Positions 8,743-18,699 of a DNA stretch of 64,000 bases are shown here, in pieces (within the stretch, counting starts at the first letter, position 1; each line of letters starts with the position of its first letter). Position numbers and translations under genes: made by a program. Below the pieces are notes generated by a model. The model worked only from the letters and a program-made list of their open reading frames with translations, did no database searches and had not been told where the DNA came from. The DNA is from a bacterium (GTDB lineage: Bacteria > Electryoneota > JAOADG01): positions 2,880,001 to 2,944,000 of the forward strand of contig OY820579.1 in assembly GCA_963681965.1 (NCBI GenBank). The letters run 5' to 3'.

Positions 8743-9540
8743 TCAAGAAAAGATCCTCCGAAAGTATTGCACAGCTACCGTTCCTCCGGCAAATTTATTT
8801 ATTATCGATAATTTATTACTATGAAACTTAGGTAGTGCTTCATTCCGGCATTTCTCTTCGAAAGTAGGCAGCGATTCCCAGCGATAAACGCCTCGTCGCA
8901 AAACACAAGCGGCAAGTAGATCATCCGACCAGTCCGCTTCGATTCGGGGTAGACACAGCCACTGATAGCCTGCCTCAAGCGCCATCTCGAGATGTTTTTG
9001 TCGAACTCGACCGAACGGAAAAGCGATGCTCGTGACTGACTGTCCGAAGTGCTGTTCTAAACGCTCTTTACTTTCGACGATTTCGCGTCGTGCGTCGGTA
9101 TCGGATAACAGTGTCAGTGACGTATGAGTGATACAATGCGATCCGATCCGCCAGCCATCGAAGATCAGCGAGAAGATCGCATTGTTATCGAGATGCTGGA
9201 AGGAACGCCAGGCAAGGCGTGCTTCCCAGTAATTTTTCTTCCCGATCGCATCGACAATGAGAAAGATCGTTCCGCGAAATCCGAATTTCGACAAAATTGG
9301 TGCTGCGTACCGCTTGATCGAATGATATCCATCGTCGAAAGTTAATCCCACGGCATTTTCAGGGGCATCCGTTTGCAGCGTTTCTTCCAATGGCAGCAAG
9401 ATCTTTTCAGATTGCGAAACCGCTGTCATTTGTCGTTTGAAATGCTCCGGGGTAATGGAGGTAATGCCGACTTCCCACTGCGGATCAACCTTGTGGTAGA
9501 GTAGAATTGGTTTGTGATTTAATTGGAATAAATTCGGCAC
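8743..9540 (-). CDS. Polysaccharide deacetylase (NodB/CE4) family protein
   Basis: ILLYH, LTFDDG, GSHCITH and AFPFG motifs. Confidence 0.88.
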   Translation of the reverse strand: MPNLFQLNHKPILLYHKVDPQWEVGITSITPEHFKRQMTAVSQSEKILLPLEETLQTDAPENAVGLTFDDGYHSIKRYAAPILSKFGFRGTIFLIVDAIGKKNYWEARLAWRSFQHLDNNAIFSLIFDGWRIGSHCITHTSLTLLSDTDARREIVESKERLEQHFGQSVTSIAFPFGRVRQKHLEMALEAGYQWLCLPRIEADWSDDLLAACVLRRGVYRWESLPTFEEKCRNEALPKFHSNKLSIINKFAGGTVAVQYFRRIFS

Positions 9541-9784
9541 AAAAGGCTCACCTAGATATCAATGGAATATAATATAGCCGATTATAATACAAACATACAG
9601 ATTAGTCGAGAGAACTGAATCTACTGATCGTTAAGTTAATGGTTAGGAACTTGACGCAAAGCTATAAAAACTTTTTTCTTGACAGACAAGAAATGGTAAA
9701 GTAATTTGCCTCTTGCTCCTGCTCGGCAAAAAAAGCAATCTTGGAAACAGTTATCAAATTTTGTGATGCAACAAAGGGAAGTAT

Positions 9785-10891
9785 ATGCCTTCGAATCACG
9801 ACGTTTTTATCTCACATTCCTCATCCGACAAAATAATTGCCGATGCAGTCTGTGCAAAGTTAGAAGCCTCACACATTCGGTGTTGGGTTGCTCCTCGCGA
9901 TATTATTCCCGGCGAGACATGGGCAGGTTCGATATTCAACGCGATAACAAACTGTAAAGTCATGATTATGATCCTATCGGGGAATGCAAATTCATCTAAA
10001 CATGTTATCCGAGAAGTTGAAATTGCTGTGAAACAAAATGTAGTAATTGTTCCATTTCGAACTGAATCAATCGAGCCATCGCCTGATTTGGCTTACTTTC
10101 TCGGTGCAACTCATTGGCTCGATGCCATGACACCTCCTCTAGAAGCACGAATACAAGATTTAATAAGCTGTATTGACGGATTTCTCAATTTGAATCGGAA
10201 ATCCAAGCGAAATCAATCGAATATAATCCTTTTATCGAAAGAAATATCTCCTGAAAGCGTTGATCCGCCCAAATCGCCTGTTCGATCAACTTCCGAACCA
10301 GTTTCTCAACCAAAACCGGCACTATCCGCTCGAGAAGAGCAGACTTCACCCGCGAAACTTGCAGATCCACCCTACTTAAAATATGATCTTGAACGTGCGG
10401 AGTCTGGTCAAGTTGTCGAAATGCGCAAGATGGGTCGACGCTATGAATCCGGTGATGGTGTTCCGAAAGATATGTCCAAAGCGATTATGTGGTACCGAAG
10501 ATCAGCCGAACGTGGTTATGAATACGGGATGTGTGATCTGGCAAACTGTTACGCACAGGGAAAAGGCGTCCCTCAAGACACCAACATGGCTTTAATGTGG
10601 TATCAAAAGGCTGCTGATAGTGTCTTCAGTTGGCAGGCAGGTGCTGAAGCGTTGGCAAATTGGTATGCTAAAGGTGGCGACGGTCTGACTCAAGATTTGG
10701 CACAAGCAGTAAAATGGTATAAAAAAATCGCTGAACGGGGGTATCCAAGTGACATCTATCAGGTTGCTGAATGTTACGCCAAGGGTGGAATCGGTTTACC
10801 AAGGGATTTGAAAGAAGCAAAAGCTTGGTATCAGCGAGCTGCCGAGAAGGGTCATAAAGTCTCTCAAGATCGCCTTAAAGACCTTTACTAG
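9785..10891 (+). CDS. TIR domain protein with C-terminal Sel1-like repeats
   Basis: DVFISHSS.D...CWVAPRDI.PG and REV (candidate catalytic Glu). Four or more G.GV..D...A..WY..AA repeats. Confidence 0.88.
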   Translation: MPSNHDVFISHSSSDKIIADAVCAKLEASHIRCWVAPRDIIPGETWAGSIFNAITNCKVMIMILSGNANSSKHVIREVEIAVKQNVVIVPFRTESIEPSPDLAYFLGATHWLDAMTPPLEARIQDLISCIDGFLNLNRKSKRNQSNIILLSKEISPESVDPPKSPVRSTSEPVSQPKPALSAREEQTSPAKLADPPYLKYDLERAESGQVVEMRKMGRRYESGDGVPKDMSKAIMWYRRSAERGYEYGMCDLANCYAQGKGVPQDTNMALMWYQKAADSVFSWQAGAEALANWYAKGGDGLTQDLAQAVKWYKKIAERGYPSDIYQVAECYAKGGIGLPRDLKEAKAWYQRAAEKGHKVSQDRLKDLY

Positions 10892-10923
10892 TGCCGGCTT
10901 TTCAAAATGCTACAATAAGGAAA

Positions 10924-10947
10924 TAGGTGAGCTGATTAGCTCACCTA
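10924..10947. terminator. Hairpin terminator between convergent genes
   Basis: TAGGTGAGCT-GATT-AGCTCACCTA. Confidence 0.7.
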
Positions 10948-10973
10948 CTTGAATTTACATTGTTGTGTATTAA

Positions 10974-12188
10974 TTATTTAAAATCCCGCTTGCCGGACAG
11001 CCAGAGCCGTTGATATTGATCAATCAGCGTAAAGGCTTCTTCGAGGATATCCTCAGTCGGCAGGAACACAAACCGGAAATGCTGTGTACCCGGTTTTTGA
11101 CCAAAGCCACTACCGTGCACTACAACTACGCCGGTTGAGCGAATCAATCCTTTCACCCAATCTTCGTCGCTTTCCTGAATGTCGAGTTTCGGAAAACTAT
11201 AAAATGCTCCAGTCGGTTTGACCACCGATATACCCGGTATCTGTGATAGTTTACTGACACTGATGTCGCGCCGTCGCTGAAGCTTTTGCTTCACTTCGGT
11301 CAAGAACGATTGATCGCCATCGAGTGCTTCGGCAATCGCGAATTGCATCGGGTGACTGGCGCACAAGCGTGCTCGAAGGAATTTATTGATCGCATTGATG
11401 TAATCTTTCAATTTCTCTTCCGGACCCGAAACAATACCCCAACCGATGCGCCATCCCGGTGCAACGTACCCTTTCGAAAGACCGTTGAAAGTAATGCACG
11501 GTAAATCGGGTGATAGCGAGGCAATACTGGTATGCGCCAATCCATCGAGTAGTAACTTATCGTAGATTTCATCGGCAAAGACGACCACATCATGAGCCAG
11601 TGCCATCTCGACAATGCGTTCCAACGTTTTACGCGAATACAACGATCCGGTTGGATTATTCGGGTTGATCAAGACGATGGCGCGAGTTCGCTCGTCAATT
11701 AAACTGGCAATCTCGTCGGCATCGGGTGCCCAATCATTTTCCTCTACGAGGTAATAGGGTCGATACTCTACTCCAAGTTTAGCTAAAATTGCCGAATAAA
11801 GCGGATATCCCGGTGTCGGGCAAAGAACGTTGTCGCCCGGATTGCATAGAGCGGTAAGTGCTAAATCAATAGCTTCCGAGGCACCGGTTGTAACAAATAT
11901 ATCCCGGATCGGTTGAATCCCTTTTCGGGTCGCTTCGCGTCGAATGGCGTCGCGCGCCGATTCGATCCCGGAACTGGGGGAATAACCGTTGTGGGAGTTC
12001 GCAATCATCCCTCGAGCGACGGCTTCTTTCAAGTGTTGTGGCGTATCGAAATCGTATTGATTGGGATCGCCAATATTTAATGCATATAGTTTGCCACCGC
12101 GCTGTTTCACTTCGTCGGCGATCAACAGTACGTCGCGGACGGCATAAAAGATCTCGTGTGAACGCAGTGCAGGTTGAATGGAAGACAT
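10974..12188 (-). CDS. Class I/II PLP aminotransferase (AlaA-like alanine transaminase)
   Basis: LNIGDP, INPNNPTG, DEIYD and NGLSK..PGWRIGW motifs. Confidence 0.88.
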   Translation of the reverse strand: MSSIQPALRSHEIFYAVRDVLLIADEVKQRGGKLYALNIGDPNQYDFDTPQHLKEAVARGMIANSHNGYSPSSGIESARDAIRREATRKGIQPIRDIFVTTGASEAIDLALTALCNPGDNVLCPTPGYPLYSAILAKLGVEYRPYYLVEENDWAPDADEIASLIDERTRAIVLINPNNPTGSLYSRKTLERIVEMALAHDVVVFADEIYDKLLLDGLAHTSIASLSPDLPCITFNGLSKGYVAPGWRIGWGIVSGPEEKLKDYINAINKFLRARLCASHPMQFAIAEALDGDQSFLTEVKQKLQRRRDISVSKLSQIPGISVVKPTGAFYSFPKLDIQESDEDWVKGLIRSTGVVVVHGSGFGQKPGTQHFRFVFLPTEDILEEAFTLIDQYQRLWLSGKRDFK

Positions 12189-12384
12189 GTTTAACCTCTG
12201 TAATGAAATGGTTTGTCAATTTACATCAAAAATGATACTCAGTTCAACGTACGATCTTGGATGTATGGCATTTCCCACTGAGAATTACTATCTTGTACAG
12301 ATTTGTCCTCATATTTTTATAATTGTATCTCAAACCTTGAAATAGAGTACTTCGAGGTCGCGCTGATAGAAAGGGTGCATCAAA

Positions 12385-13686
12385 ATGCGCAAGGTTTTAA
12401 TTGTTGTAGTAGTTTTTTTGGCAGCTTCTGCTTTTGCCTTCAGTCCTCAGGGGCGTTATTACGGTGACCCGATTGTCGGTATCACAGCTCGATCGCTGTC
12501 AATGGGTGAAGTTGGATTAATCGGCGCAACTGGTGCGATCGAAGGGGTACGAAATCCGGCACAGCTTTCAGCGCTTTCTTCTGGTTTTCATATCGAAGCA
12601 TCCGGGATGTTTCCACAAACGATTGAATCGCGATCTTTTCCAATCTACGACGGATTTGATGGTGTTTTAGCCGATAATCAGTACGTATCGACCTCGATGG
12701 GCGATGCACAATTCGCGATTGGTTTATCATTCTCGATGAAAAGTGAAGCGGGGACGCCATGGACGGTCGCTCTCGTTTCCAAACCAAGCCTCGATTATTA
12801 TTACAAATTCAAAGAAGAAATTCGCGATCGCTTTAGTACCGGCGGTCTTCAAGATCGCGTACGCGGACGAGTGGAAGACAAAACTGAAGGTGCACGACGA
12901 TGGTCGGGAATCGCGGCATCGTTTCCCATCATGCAATCGTTGTCAGCCGGTGTCGCGGTTGGTATGAATAGTGGATCGATTAAATCGAAGTACGCGTTTG
13001 CTCGCTTTTTAGATGGTGACAGTGCCGGAACGATTGAAATCAGCGATGAACCTGACAATGCGCACATGGAAAGCCGAATCGGTTTGACATATCAAATGAA
13101 CGACCGGCTTCGATTCGGTGCGAATTACACCCTTCGAGGAAGTTGGAACGACAAGATTTCGATCGATTCTACCTCGCGCTATTATGTTGCCAATAATTTA
13201 CGAACGAAGAGCAGCAACACTTCGATGGTGATCAACAGAACGTATCCTTCTTCGATCGGCGCGGGCTTGGAATATATCCCCGGACAAATGCTGCGGTCGA
13301 AATTCAATGCTGAATTTGAATGGACCAATTGGAAGAGTACCGATCTCGGTGTGAAAGGTTTAGAATTATTGAATACGATGGACGTACGATTAGGTATCGA
13401 ACATCGCATTTTACCGGAAGTACCCGTTCGATTTGGCTACCGCTACTCCCCATCGCCCTTTGATAAGGAATGGGCTGTGTCGTACTTATCCGCTGGCAGC
13501 GGTTACGATTCCAAGAATTGGGTAATTGATTTTGGTGTCCAATTCGGTCATCTATCGACCAAGGGCAACGATCCTGTGCCCGATAACTGGTTTGGCGGTA
13601 CTGCTCGTGTCGATCAGGACAAGGTCCAAGATCGCATGTTCCGGTTCACTGCCGGGCTTTCTTATCATTTTGACACCACTAAGTAA
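12385..13686 (+). CDS. Outer-membrane beta-barrel protein (FadL/PorV-like)
   Basis: Signal peptide, ARSLSMG...NPA N-terminal motif, amphipathic strands and a terminal AGLSYHF strand. Confidence 0.7.
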   Translation: MRKVLIVVVVFLAASAFAFSPQGRYYGDPIVGITARSLSMGEVGLIGATGAIEGVRNPAQLSALSSGFHIEASGMFPQTIESRSFPIYDGFDGVLADNQYVSTSMGDAQFAIGLSFSMKSEAGTPWTVALVSKPSLDYYYKFKEEIRDRFSTGGLQDRVRGRVEDKTEGARRWSGIAASFPIMQSLSAGVAVGMNSGSIKSKYAFARFLDGDSAGTIEISDEPDNAHMESRIGLTYQMNDRLRFGANYTLRGSWNDKISIDSTSRYYVANNLRTKSSNTSMVINRTYPSSIGAGLEYIPGQMLRSKFNAEFEWTNWKSTDLGVKGLELLNTMDVRLGIEHRILPEVPVRFGYRYSPSPFDKEWAVSYLSAGSGYDSKNWVIDFGVQFGHLSTKGNDPVPDNWFGGTARVDQDKVQDRMFRFTAGLSYHFDTTK

Positions 13687-13704
13687 ATTCCGGAGTCGGA
13701 CGTA

Positions 13705-14700
13705 ATGGGGGATTTCGTTTACGACTTTGGGATTATTGGTACTGGACCGATTGGATTATTTGCGGGCTTTTACGCCGGATATCACGGTCTGAATAGTGTA
13801 GCGTTCGATTTACTGCCGGAATTGGGCGGACAGTTAATCAATTTGTATCCGGAAAAATGGATCTTTGATGTCGGCGGTCATGTAAAGATTGAGGCTCGTG
13901 TATATATCGATTCGGTATTGCAACAAGCTTCGGTATTTTCACCGACCTACTTTGTGAATGAACGGATCGACCGTATCGAACCAGTCGATCCGGCTGTACA
14001 CCAAGGTGCTCGGTATCGATTGACCAGCAGTGAACGATCGGTTTTGGCGAAGTGTATTCTGATTAGTGGCGGGATGGGCGCTTATCGACCGCGATCACTT
14101 GATCTACCCAATCTGTCAGCGTTGGAAAATGCCGGTATTCACTACAAAGTGACTGCCAAAGAGCATTTTCGAAACAAACGGGTGATGATTGTCGGAGGTG
14201 GCGACAGCGCAGTCGATTGGGCAGTCAACTTACACGGCGTTGCACAAAAAATTTGTGCTGTTCACCGCGCTCATCAGTTCAAAGCATTGGAAGCTACTGT
14301 CGCGGAAATGATCCACGATACTGCTGCCGAAATCTTGGTTCCCTTCGAAGTCAAAGCACTTCACGGAACGACCCATTTAACCGGAGTCACGCTCATTCAC
14401 AGTGAAACCAGAACCGAACAATATTTCGAAGTTGACGATTTACTGCTGATGATCGGATTAATCGCCAATTTGGGTCCTATCGCCGAGTGGGGACTTCAAA
14501 TCAAGAATAACGGTATTCTGGTAGATCGCCATCAGCAAACCAATCTGGAAGCGATCTACGCCATTGGTGATATTGCCCAATATCCGGGTAAAATCAATTT
14601 AATCGCTGCCGGAAATGGCGAAGCTAGTACGGCAATCGAACATGCGATTGCCACATACTTGAAAGTCGAACCACGTCCTCGAGATTGGCTTGAACAGTGA
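13705..14700 (+). CDS. Thioredoxin-reductase-type ferredoxin--NADP+ reductase (YumC-like)
   Basis: GxGPxG FAD motif, GGQL..LYPEK.I.DVGG, GGGDSAVDW and GDIA.YPGK; no CxxC pair. Confidence 0.85.
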   Translation: MGDFVYDFGIIGTGPIGLFAGFYAGYHGLNSVAFDLLPELGGQLINLYPEKWIFDVGGHVKIEARVYIDSVLQQASVFSPTYFVNERIDRIEPVDPAVHQGARYRLTSSERSVLAKCILISGGMGAYRPRSLDLPNLSALENAGIHYKVTAKEHFRNKRVMIVGGGDSAVDWAVNLHGVAQKICAVHRAHQFKALEATVAEMIHDTAAEILVPFEVKALHGTTHLTGVTLIHSETRTEQYFEVDDLLLMIGLIANLGPIAEWGLQIKNNGILVDRHQQTNLEAIYAIGDIAQYPGKINLIAAGNGEASTAIEHAIATYLKVEPRPRDWLEQ

Positions 14701-14933
14701 TTTCTCGGAAATCGATGCTAAGTGAAATCGACCTATATATCGAGAGGTGAAATCGGATGTGGTTGGATTTCTTTCTTCTCTGCGGCGATTTTCTGGTCGA
14801 TATTCTGCTCTTTCGCTGGTGGCGCAAAGATCGCGAGCCGGGTCAGCGAAAACGAAGATCTAATTACAAGTATTAATCGAACGATCGGTAATTCCACTCG
14901 ATCGTTTTCTTATTCTTTCGCATTGGGTAGAAA

Positions 14934-16595
14934 ATGATTCGCTTTAGTTCCTTATTGCTTTTATTGTTGGTCTGTACCAGTGCCGCTTTGGCATTATCCC
15001 CCGACGACTGGAATAGCTCGTCTGTCCCACCCGGTCTAGAACGTATCACAGTGGTTTTCACCAATGACGTTCATGGTGGAATCATGCGTTCAAGTGCGGA
15101 ATTCTTGAATCCAGAATTTCCACCTTCACTCGGTGGTGCTTCCGCTGCTTATAAAATCATCGAGTCATTACGCGATCGGGCTAAACGCGACGGGCAAGCC
15201 TTTATGATATTTGACGCCGGCGATATCTACCAAGGTGCTCCGATCGGTACACGAACCCACGGTCTTGCAATCGTCGATTACTTGAATTTGATTGGAACGA
15301 CCGCTGTTGTCGTCGGTAACCACGATCTTGATCAAGGAACGTGGTCGTTAGATTCGATGTCGAAACATGCTAATTTCACTTGGCTGGCTGCTAACCTGAA
15401 AGAAAAAGGCACCGATAAAGTATACCATGCAGTCAAACCCTGGAAGATTTTCGAGTTAAGCGGTCTAAAAGTCGGTCTAATCGGTTTAACCACGACAGCG
15501 ACTAAATATATGTCGTTCCCCAAAAACATCGCTGCAGTGGACATTGAAGACGAAATTCCGGCATTAACTCGGGCAATGGCTGAAGTGAAAGCTGCTGGTG
15601 CACAATCGATATGGGTTATCTTTCATCAGGGAATCGAATTCGACGAGGATGCGAACTATCAGAAGCTACTTTCGATCGAGAAAAACAACGGATTTACCAG
15701 TCAATCGGTTCGCGACGCACAAGAACTGGCACACCGCGTTCCCGGGATCGATGTTATGTTTACCGGTCATATCCATATCGGCAAACCCAAAGGGTGGGTT
15801 CACCCCAAGACCCACACGCTCATGGTGCAAAACTACGGACATGGCGGCAATATCGGAGTAGTGGATTTGTTTGTTGACAAGAAATCGGGACGATTGGTGA
15901 AGTTCAAGATGCCGACCGATAATTCGATGTTGCTTCTGCTTCAGGAAGAGCAATGGGGTCGCGACGAGGGTATCGATAAAACCATTCAAGCGATCGTTGA
16001 TACAGTAGAACAGGGAATGGACGAGGTTATTGGCGAAGCGATGGCGGAATTCCAACGCGGTGATGCCAATTCGGCAATGGTTGAATTTGTCGCCGATGCA
16101 ATGCAGGACTACGGCAATACTGATCTAGCACTGCAAAACACCGGCGGTGTTCGAGAAAATTTTGCTCCCGGCAATATCACTCGCCGATCGATTTTTCATA
16201 TTGAACCATTCGGGAATGAGTTAGTTAAATTCAAAGTAACCGGTGACTTTATCAAGAGGTTGCTGGAAAACCGTGCGTCCAGCGATCGCCTCGGAACGGG
16301 TATTGCCGGCTTGGTAATCACCTTCGATGGAAGTCGCCCAAAAGAAGATCGCATCACAAAAATCGAATTTACCAATGGAAAAATCTTCAATCGAGACAGC
16401 ATCTATACGGTAACGACTTCCGACTATTTACTAATGGGTAATTCCGGTATGCAAATGTTAACGACTATTCCACAGGATCAAGTCGATTGGACCGGTGTTC
16501 GAATTTCCGATGCCATAACCAAATTCGTAACGAAGAAAACACCATTACAACCAGTCACGAACACCCGTTGGATCGATGTAGCCGAAAAGAAGTAA
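14934..16595 (+). CDS. Secreted 5'-nucleotidase / UDP-sugar hydrolase family metallophosphatase
   Basis: Signal peptide; NDVHG, DAGD, GNHD and GHIH motifs; C-terminal N.GGVR...PFGN domain. Confidence 0.9.
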   Translation: MIRFSSLLLLLLVCTSAALALSPDDWNSSSVPPGLERITVVFTNDVHGGIMRSSAEFLNPEFPPSLGGASAAYKIIESLRDRAKRDGQAFMIFDAGDIYQGAPIGTRTHGLAIVDYLNLIGTTAVVVGNHDLDQGTWSLDSMSKHANFTWLAANLKEKGTDKVYHAVKPWKIFELSGLKVGLIGLTTTATKYMSFPKNIAAVDIEDEIPALTRAMAEVKAAGAQSIWVIFHQGIEFDEDANYQKLLSIEKNNGFTSQSVRDAQELAHRVPGIDVMFTGHIHIGKPKGWVHPKTHTLMVQNYGHGGNIGVVDLFVDKKSGRLVKFKMPTDNSMLLLLQEEQWGRDEGIDKTIQAIVDTVEQGMDEVIGEAMAEFQRGDANSAMVEFVADAMQDYGNTDLALQNTGGVRENFAPGNITRRSIFHIEPFGNELVKFKVTGDFIKRLLENRASSDRLGTGIAGLVITFDGSRPKEDRITKIEFTNGKIFNRDSIYTVTTSDYLLMGNSGMQMLTTIPQDQVDWTGVRISDAITKFVTKKTPLQPVTNTRWIDVAEKK

Positions 16596-16625
16596 ATCAC
16601 CACTCACATCACCTTGTATCGATTT

Positions 16626-16651
16626 AAGGGCGTTTCGGCGCCCTTTTTTTT
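16626..16651 (+). terminator. Intrinsic terminator
   Basis: AAGGGCG-TTTCGG-CGCCCTT plus T run. Confidence 0.85.
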
Positions 16652-16792
16652 ATTGCTCAGATGAACGGACGTTTCTTTCAATTATTTACTTTTGTATTTT
16701 GAACGTGATCTTCCTCGATTCAATGTGTTTATTAGTAGATTGAATACGAACCAAACACCTAGTACTATTTTATTGAGAGATGAGGTCTACTC

Positions 16793-17434
16793 ATGGTGCT
16801 GCCATTTACTCAAGAAGAATTTCTATCCGTTTTTTCCGAGTACAATACCGCTATCGATCCAATGCCAATCGCCGGTTATTTTTTTGCAATAGTCATAGTT
16901 CTGGCAATTCAACTTAGAAAAAAATGGGCAGGCACATTTACCGGTTTCACTCTAGGAATGATGTGGATATGGAATGGTGCGGTTTATCAAATTGGTTACT
17001 TTTCGGCAATCAATAAAGCCGCCTACGGATTCGGGACGCTCATGATTGTTGAGGGAATATTGCTCATTCGGGTTGCTATCCGATGGGATCAAATCAACTT
17101 TCAATATTCACCCAATTGGAAAACCATATCGGGTTACATATTAATAATCTATTCGATGATCGTCTATTCCGTGATTGGTACTATGCTCGGACACGGATAT
17201 CCCCAATCGCCAGTGTTTGGCGTCGCGCCTTGTCCAACTACAATCTTTACTTTTGGTATTTTATTGTTACTCCGAAAACCGTATGCAAAGTTTCTGCTGA
17301 TTATCCCTGTGCTTTGGGCAGCAATCGGAACAGTAGCGGCGCTTCAATTGGGAATACGCGAGGATGTATTGCTCATAGCGGGTCCGGTGGTTTTTCTTAT
17401 CGATTATGTATTGAACCGAAGTAAAACGAAGTAA
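16793..17434 (+). CDS. Integral membrane protein (DUF6064-like)
   Basis: LPFT.E.F..VF..YN N-terminus, GVAPCPTTIFTFG motif and multiple TM helices. Confidence 0.75.
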   Translation: MVLPFTQEEFLSVFSEYNTAIDPMPIAGYFFAIVIVLAIQLRKKWAGTFTGFTLGMMWIWNGAVYQIGYFSAINKAAYGFGTLMIVEGILLIRVAIRWDQINFQYSPNWKTISGYILIIYSMIVYSVIGTMLGHGYPQSPVFGVAPCPTTIFTFGILLLLRKPYAKFLLIIPVLWAAIGTVAALQLGIREDVLLIAGPVVFLIDYVLNRSKTK

Positions 17435-17472
17435 AAGAGTGGGTAAATCGAAACGCACTGAATCAGATGAAA

Positions 17473-18057
17473 TTATTCGGCGATACCAGTAGCGGTATCA
17501 ACATTGACACCTTTGGCGCGAAGTTGCTCGATCGCCGATTGTATCATTGCAAAATGATGCATGTCGTGATAATGGATTGCCATTACCCAATCAGTTATTC
17601 CGGAAAAACCGATTGCCGGGGAATACAACCGAACACGATTGAGTTTAGTGGAAGATAGTGATGTGATCCGATGTTCGATCGTACGCGCGAATTTATCCAA
17701 TTCAGCGATCATGGAAGCGCGTCTTGCGGTGCCTTTCGGCTTAGCAATGTAAATGGGGGTAGAAATCGATCGGTTTGAATAGGGATCCGATAGTTGCGAC
17801 CGCGATCCATTCTTCATTGGAGGCGTTAGAAATCCGCAACGATTGGCAAGATTAAAGATCGACATACAAATCGCATCGTGCTTGTTCATGTGTTCGACAA
17901 TTTGCGCAACCGTCCATTTACCTCGGACGTATTTTATTCGCCAAGCATCGCGTTGCAGTCGAAGTAACACCCGGATGATTTCCCGTCTACCATCGACAAG
18001 AAACGCCACCGCTTCCTCCCAATCATGCTCCAAGCCGTTATAAGCATTTTTTTTCAT
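17473..18057 (-). CDS. DinB-family protein
   Basis: GKWTVAQIVEH and H...H..MI metal-binding pattern. Confidence 0.75.
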   Translation of the reverse strand: MKKNAYNGLEHDWEEAVAFLVDGRREIIRVLLRLQRDAWRIKYVRGKWTVAQIVEHMNKHDAICMSIFNLANRCGFLTPPMKNGSRSQLSDPYSNRSISTPIYIAKPKGTARRASMIAELDKFARTIEHRITSLSSTKLNRVRLYSPAIGFSGITDWVMAIHYHDMHHFAMIQSAIEQLRAKGVNVDTATGIAE

Positions 18058-18118
18058 TTACTTATCCGGTAACATGATTCGATAGGAAAAGGTGGCGACT
18101 TTTTCCAAATTGTGCGAA

Positions 18119-18319
18119 TTAGGCGATTTGCTGATTGCAGGTTGTGCAATACTTGATCCGACGACGGACGAACTTGACAGCCCCATCTTCGGTTTTCATC
18201 GCACTGACACGCAGAGTCGGCGCCGAAACTGTTTGTTTCTTGCAATTCGGACAGAACACCATCAACGAGGCGTTCTTTACTTTTTTTACCTTTTCGCCGA
18301 ATGATTGTTGCTTAGCCAT
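18119..18319 (-). CDS. Small basic zinc-ribbon protein downstream of rpmG (possible bL38/DUF4295-like)
   Basis: 66 aa with CPNC...CTTC, GGAG RBS and co-orientation with rpmG; the K...GA.KF segment recalls DUF4295. Confidence 0.65.
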   Translation of the reverse strand: MAKQQSFGEKVKKVKNASLMVFCPNCKKQTVSAPTLRVSAMKTEDGAVKFVRRRIKYCTTCNQQIA

Positions 18320-18356
18320 TTCAACTACTCCAAAATCTCAACTTAATGATTCTGCC

Positions 18357-18545
18357 TTACTTGGTTTCGCGAAACGTAGTCACCTTGCGATCGTACTTGC
18401 AATATTTCTTCAGTTCCAATCGTTCAGTCGTGTTACGTTTATTCTTTTCAGTGTGATAGCGTGCGACACCAGGCATACTATTTTTCCGGCACTCGGTACA
18501 TTCCATTGTGATATTCAGCCGGACTTCTTTCGATTTGCTAGCCAT
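18357..18545 (-). CDS. rpmG: 50S ribosomal protein L33
   Basis: MECTEC...[20 protein letters not shown]...FRETK with a Bacteroidota-like MPG insert; GGAGG RBS. Confidence 0.96.
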   Translation of the reverse strand: MASKSKEVRLNITMECTECRKNSMPGVARYHTEKNKRNTTERLELKKYCKYDRKVTTFRETK

Positions 18546-18615
18546 TCAATATTCCTCCAAAGCATAGTAAGATACAAATTTTAACGGCAAAGTCAAGTAA
18601 ATATTTTTTTCACCC

Positions 18616-18644
18616 TTGCACTGTCCTAGTTGATTTCGTATAAT
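18616..18644 (+). promoter_or_regulatory. sigma70-type promoter
   Basis: TTGCAC-N17-TATAAT upstream of the MshEN-repeat gene. Confidence 0.7.
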
Positions 18645-18699
18645 TTCAAGCTTTTATTGAATTCATACACAAATTCGCGAATCATCCCGGAGGTACTCC

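Noticed and set aside
9651-9667. GACGCAAAGCTATA resembling part of a c-di-GMP-I riboswitch
   Set aside because: The upstream GCAAA/GAAA-tetraloop stem and the downstream P3 helix are absent.
14722-14937. 71-aa ORF between FNR and the 5'-nucleotidase
   Set aside because: GTG start without a clear RBS and no recognisable motif; probably a chance ORF in a structured spacer.
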